A DNA stretch of 64,000 bases from Halorussus marinus (lineage in GTDB: Archaea > Halobacteriota > Halobacteria > Halobacteriales > Haladaptataceae), in assembly GCF_004765795.1 (NCBI RefSeq), contig NZ_SBIV01000002.1:62001-126000 (forward strand), in the 5' to 3' direction. Positions within the stretch are counted from its first letter, which is position 1; each line of letters starts with the position of its first letter. This document shows, in pieces, positions 59,990 through 64,000 of the stretch. Under the pieces are notes generated by a model. It was not told the origin of the DNA. It worked only from the letters and a program-made list of their open reading frames with translations, and ran no database searches. Made by a program: the position numbers and the translations under genes.

Positions 59990-62473
59990 ATGAACCGCCA
60001 ATCGCGCTCGGCCGCGCCGCCGGCGAGCGCTCAGCTACGGGCGGTCGCGGACGCGACCTCGGACGGCATCCTGACCGTCGACACCGACGGGGTGGTCCGC
60101 TTTGCCAACCCCGCGATCGAAGACATTCTGGGGTACGCGCCCGACGAACTGGTCGGCTCGCGGCTGACTCGGATCATGGACGACGACCTCGCCGAGCGAC
60201 ACCGCGCCGGCTTCGAGCGCTATCTGGAGACCGGCGAGCGGCGCCTCGACTGGACGGACGTCGAGCTCGCCGGGCGCCACGAGGACGGCACCGAGGTTCC
60301 CCTGAGCGTCTCGTTGAGCGAGTTCACCGCCGACGGCGAGCGGTTCTTCACGGGGATCGTTCGGGACATCACGAGTCGCAACGCCCGCGAACAGGCGCTC
60401 GAACGCTATCGCTCGGCGGTCGAGACGGTCGCGGACGGCGTGTACGCCCTCGACGAGAACGCGCGGTTTCTCACGGTCAACGCGGCGTTCGCCGAGCTGA
60501 CCGGCTACGATCGCGACGAGCTAATCGGTGCGCACGCGAGCGTAGTGACCGGGCCCCGGTCGGTCGCGGAGTTCGACGAGGCGCAGGCGCAACTCGAACG
60601 GGGCGAGGCCGACGTCGACACGATCGAGACGACGATAGAGACCGCCGACGGCGAGCAGTTCCCGGGCGAGATCCGGATGTCGCTGTTCCCGCTCGGCGAC
60701 GGGGAGTACGGCCGGGCGGGCGTGCTCCGGGACGTCTCGGACCGCAAGCGCCGCGAGCGCCAGCTGTCGGGTCTACACACGTTCGCCCAGTCGCTCACGG
60801 CCGCCGAGACCGCCGAGGGCGTCTACCACCTCGCGATGGCGACCGCGAGCGACCTCCTGCCGAACCTGCTCGCGACCGCCTACCGGTACGACGAGGACGC
60901 GGGGCGACTCGACCCCGCCTCCCACACGCCCGCGGTGCCGAACGTCGGCGCGCCGAACGGCGAACTGCTCGGCGCCGACCGGTCGCTGGCGTGGACCGCG
61001 TTCCAGCGACAGGAGCGATACGTCTGTCCCGACACCCGGACCGACGACGCGGTCGACGACTCGGCGACGCCGCTCCGGAGCGTCGCGGCGGTTCCGTTCG
61101 GATCGTACGGCGTGCTGGTCAGCGGCGCGACCGCGACCGCGGCCTTCGACCGGGAGGCGGTCAAGATCCTCGACCTGCTGGCCGCCGACGTCGAGACCGC
61201 CCTCGAACGCGTCGAGCGCGAGCAGACGCTCCGCGAGCGCGCCGACCAGTTAGAAGAGCGGGCCGCGGCTATGGAGCGGGCCAACCGGATCAACGACCTG
61301 ATCCGCGAGTCGACGACCGCGCTCGTCCGGGCGGAGTCGCGCGAGGGGATCGAACAGGCGGTCTGTACGAAGCTGGCGAACACCGACGTGTACCGGTTCG
61401 CGTGGATCGGCTCGCCGACCGCGACCGGGCAGGTGCTCACCCCCCGCGCCTCGGCGGGCGTCGAGCGGGGGTATCTGGACGCGATCGCCGCCACCGACGG
61501 CGAGGACGCCAGCGGGACCGAGCCCGGCCGGCGCGCGGTCGCGACCCGCGACGTGCAGGTCCGCAACGGCCTGTCGGCGAACCCGCCGTTCGAGCCGTGG
61601 CGCGAGGAGGCGCTCCAGCGGGAGTATCGCTCGTGCATCGCGGTGCCGCTTCGGTACGAGGACATGCTCTACGGCGTGTTGCACCTGTACGCCGTCGAGT
61701 CCGACGCCTTCGACGACCTCGCGGTCGACGTGCTGACCGAGCTCGGGGAGGTGGTGGCGTACGCGATCAACGCGGCCGAGCGGAAGAACGCGGTGGTGAG
61801 CGACTCGACCGTCGAACTCAGCTTCGAACTCGACGACCACGAGCTACTGCCCGCCAGGCTGGCGGCCGAGACCGACAGCCGCTTCGAGTTCGAGTCGCTG
61901 GTCGAACAGGCCGACGGATCGCTCCGCGTGTTCTTCTCGATCGAGGGCGCGGACCCGGCGGTGGTTCGGGACTACCACGACCGCGGGCTGGAGGTCGAGA
62001 GCGTCGATCACGTCGCGGACCGCGAGGAGGGTCACCTCTTCGAGGCGACGCTGGGCGCCGAGAGCTTCCTCGCGTCGCTGCTCGATTACGGCGTGCGGCC
62101 CACGGAGCTGATAGCCACCCCGTCGGGGACGGAGCTGACCGTCGAGCTCCCACAGAGCGGCGACGTTCAGGCGTTCCTCCGGATGCTTCTCGACACCTAC
62201 GAGGGCGTCTCGCTCCGGACGCGCCGCGAACTCGATCGGCCGGTCCGGTCGGACGCGGAGTTTCGGGCCCACTACCGCGAGCGGCTGACCGACCGCGAGG
62301 CCGAGGTGCTCCAGACCGCCTACTACGCCGGCTTCTTCGAGTCGCCGCGCCGGAGCTCCGGCAGCGAGGTCGCCGAGATGCTCGGGGTTTCCCAGCCGAC
62401 GGTGAACCGCCACCTGCGCCGGGGCGAGCGCAAGCTCCTCGCGATGGTGTTCGACGAGCGGGCCGACGAGTGA
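59990..62473 (+). CDS. PAS-PAS-GAF-GAF-HTH10 (Bat-like) sensor regulator
   Basis: Two PAS domains (RDIT, RDVS ends; the first is FixL-like, RHRAGFERYLETGE), two GAF domains, and LTDRE...GFFESPR...SQPTVNRHLRRGE. Confidence 0.92.
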   Translation: MNRQSRSAAPPASAQLRAVADATSDGILTVDTDGVVRFANPAIEDILGYAPDELVGSRLTRIMDDDLAERHRAGFERYLETGERRLDWTDVELAGRHEDGTEVPLSVSLSEFTADGERFFTGIVRDITSRNAREQALERYRSAVETVADGVYALDENARFLTVNAAFAELTGYDRDELIGAHASVVTGPRSVAEFDEAQAQLERGEADVDTIETTIETADGEQFPGEIRMSLFPLGDGEYGRAGVLRDVSDRKRRERQLSGLHTFAQSLTAAETAEGVYHLAMATASDLLPNLLATAYRYDEDAGRLDPASHTPAVPNVGAPNGELLGADRSLAWTAFQRQERYVCPDTRTDDAVDDSATPLRSVAAVPFGSYGVLVSGATATAAFDREAVKILDLLAADVETALERVEREQTLRERADQLEERAAAMERANRINDLIRESTTALVRAESREGIEQAVCTKLANTDVYRFAWIGSPTATGQVLTPRASAGVERGYLDAIAATDGEDASGTEPGRRAVATRDVQVRNGLSANPPFEPWREEALQREYRSCIAVPLRYEDMLYGVLHLYAVESDAFDDLAVDVLTELGEVVAYAINAAERKNAVVSDSTVELSFELDDHELLPARLAAETDSRFEFESLVEQADGSLRVFFSIEGADPAVVRDYHDRGLEVESVDHVADREEGHLFEATLGAESFLASLLDYGVRPTELIATPSGTELTVELPQSGDVQAFLRMLLDTYEGVSLRTRRELDRPVRSDAEFRAHYRERLTDREAEVLQTAYYAGFFESPRRSSGSEVAEMLGVSQPTVNRHLRRGERKLLAMVFDERADE

Positions 62474-62562
62474 AGCTGTATTCACGCCGCCACCCCTGCG
62501 GGCGTATACACTGACGCCCCAGAAATAGGGAGGTAGCGCCCCTCGTATCGGATAGAATCACC

Positions 62563-62868
62563 ATGAACGAGCCCATCCACGACACCGCCGCCGACTCGGT
62601 CCCCGTCCGAATCGTGAACGCCGTCGCCGACGCGACCGGCCGCGACCCGAACGCACTGCCGCCGCTCTACGACACGGTCGACCCCGACGCGCTGGCGGCG
62701 ATCGTGGCACGCGCTCCGAACCACGCACGCGGCGGCGACGAGATCGAGGTCTCGTTCGCGTTCGCCGACTGCGACGTAACCGTCTCCCCGACCCGCGGCG
62801 TCGAGGTCGCGGTCGCGGTCGGCGGCGACGCGCGGCGTCCGGACGCCCCGGCGCCGGTCGATGAGTGA
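62563..62868 (+). CDS. HalOD1 output-domain protein
   Basis: IVNAVADATGRDPNALPPLYDTVDPDAL...VSFAFADCDVTV. Confidence 0.88.
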   Translation: MNEPIHDTAADSVPVRIVNAVADATGRDPNALPPLYDTVDPDALAAIVARAPNHARGGDEIEVSFAFADCDVTVSPTRGVEVAVAVGGDARRPDAPAPVDE

Positions 62869-63070
62869 CGAGTCGATCGCGGAGGCCTGTCGCCGCGAGG
62901 CGCCGGCCCCCGACGCCGATCGCGCCCACGTCTGTGCTGTCTGTGACGAGCCGATCGACGACGCCGAGCGCCATCCGGTCGCGACGCGGATCGGCGAGTC
63001 GGGAGCGGTGGTCCTCTACCTCTTCTGCTCGCCCGCCTGCCGGACCCGCTGGGACGAATCGAGCGACTGA
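62861..63070 (+). CDS. Small zinc-binding protein (CxxC...FCSxxC)
   Basis: CAVCDEPI...HP...YLFCSPACRTRW; overlaps the HalOD1 stop codon. Confidence 0.75.
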   Translation: MSDESIAEACRREAPAPDADRAHVCAVCDEPIDDAERHPVATRIGESGAVVLYLFCSPACRTRWDESSD

Positions 63071-63097
63071 CCGTCGAGCGCGCCCTACCGATACTCG

Positions 63098-63283
63098 ATG
63101 AACGACACCACCCAGAAGTACACGACGCCGAACCGCTGGGGTCGCTACAACGACCGCCACGAGACGAACTACACCGCCTACACCGACTACGATCCGGACG
63201 CGGGCCCGGTCTACGTGATCGAGGCCGAGGACGGGGCCGACGCGTGGCTACAGTCGACGCGGCCCGTCGACGTCGAGCCGTGA
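63098..63283 (+). CDS. Small hypothetical protein
   Basis: Acidic 61-aa ORF ending VI...DAWLQS...V; co-oriented with the upstream small genes. Confidence 0.6.
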   Translation: MNDTTQKYTTPNRWGRYNDRHETNYTAYTDYDPDAGPVYVIEAEDGADAWLQSTRPVDVEP

Positions 63284-63373
63284 GCGACGCGCCAGGAGAC
63301 GAGCGGTAGCGACGCCGCGCCGGACGGGACGATAGCGACACCCCACCGGACGTCCTGCGTCGACGCCGCGCGA

Positions 63374-63877
63374 CTACTCGCCGTCGGGACGGTCCGCGAC
63401 GGCGAACGGGCTCTCGGCGGCGGTCCAGTTCCATCCCGGGAGCCGCGTCTGGAACCCCGCCGCGAGGGCGGCGTCGAGGTCGTCGAGGCCGGCGGCTTCC
63501 GCGTCGGGGTCGCGGTGGACGAGCACGTCGGCGACGTGGAACGTCGCCTCGCCGAGCAGGCCGAGCGGCTGGGCCCCGGCGATCGTTCCGGCGAGCCGCC
63601 GGCCGAGAAACTCGTCGACCACGAACCCCGGGTAGTCGCCCTCGACGTCGAGGGCCCGGAGGATCGCGACCAGAGCCGCGACGTTGACCGCGAGGTCGCC
63701 GTCGGCGAAGACGGCGTCGACCTCTCGGCGGTAGGTCCCGGCGGTCACCTCGCCGACGTCGGCGTCGAAGCGGTCGGCGAGGTCGGCCCGCACCTCGTTC
63801 ACCAGCGGGACCACGACGGCGGCCCGCTCGCGCACCCAGCGGTACTCGTCGGCGACGGTCTCCGGAGTGAGTCGCAT
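63374..63877 (-). CDS. Hypothetical protein
   Basis: Acidic ORF with host-like codon usage; DYPGFVVDEFLGR and AGFQTRLPGW segments. Confidence 0.75.
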   Translation of the reverse strand: MRLTPETVADEYRWVRERAAVVVPLVNEVRADLADRFDADVGEVTAGTYRREVDAVFADGDLAVNVAALVAILRALDVEGDYPGFVVDEFLGRRLAGTIAGAQPLGLLGEATFHVADVLVHRDPDAEAAGLDDLDAALAAGFQTRLPGWNWTAAESPFAVADRPDGE

Positions 63878-64000
63878 ACCGGGCGGACGCGCTCGCGGGC
63901 CTTGGGCGTGTGCGTTTTGAGAAGGCTTTTATAACATCGGCGACTAATACCGACTAAGCGGGTTTTCCTGCGTCCCCGAATGAGCGTCCGGTCCGCGGCA

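Noticed and set aside
26..63934. Many long Arg/Pro/Gly-rich or antisense ORFs (e.g. 7360-9378, 10311-12743, 49768-51693, 59857-62514)
   Set aside because: These are shadow frames caused by high GC and few stop codons. Each overlaps a recognisable acidic protein gene.
1..64000. Apparent scarcity of CTAG as a clue to the islet's recognition site
   Set aside because: CTAG avoidance is a general haloarchaeal trait and I did not count it rigorously. It cannot be attributed to a recently acquired cassette.
63900..64000. TTTTATAA promoter-like element and downstream sequence at the right edge
   Set aside because: The associated gene lies outside the window, so nothing can be assigned.

Overview
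GC-rich haloarchaeal (class Halobacteria) chromosomal segment, judged from acidic proteins, archaeal information-processing genes and TATA-like elements about 25-30 bp upstream of apparently leaderless starts. Most of it is core genome: aspS, PoK/PPS, thi4, thiR, dcd, pth2, truD, rpl37ae-rpoP-pcc1-pfdB, guaAA, aroE, dtdA-ftsZ-secE-spt5, trpCBA-aroA', mfnA, dph6, nth and proS. It also holds an Htr transducer, transporters and three HTH-10 (Bat-type) regulators, each followed by a small gene. The most notable feature is a 2.5 kb integrase-free islet (45668-48179). It is bounded by an exact 29-bp direct repeat that duplicates the 3' end of the endonuclease III gene. It carries an XRE/C-protein HTH fused to a PD-(D/E)XK nuclease, a divergent C5 cytosine methyltransferase, and a perfect 16-bp palindrome beside the nuclease promoter. 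This looks like a self-regulating restriction-modification cassette inserted at nth. No rRNA, tRNA, CRISPR array, transposase or integrase was recognised. All family calls come from motif recognition by eye; no database search was run.
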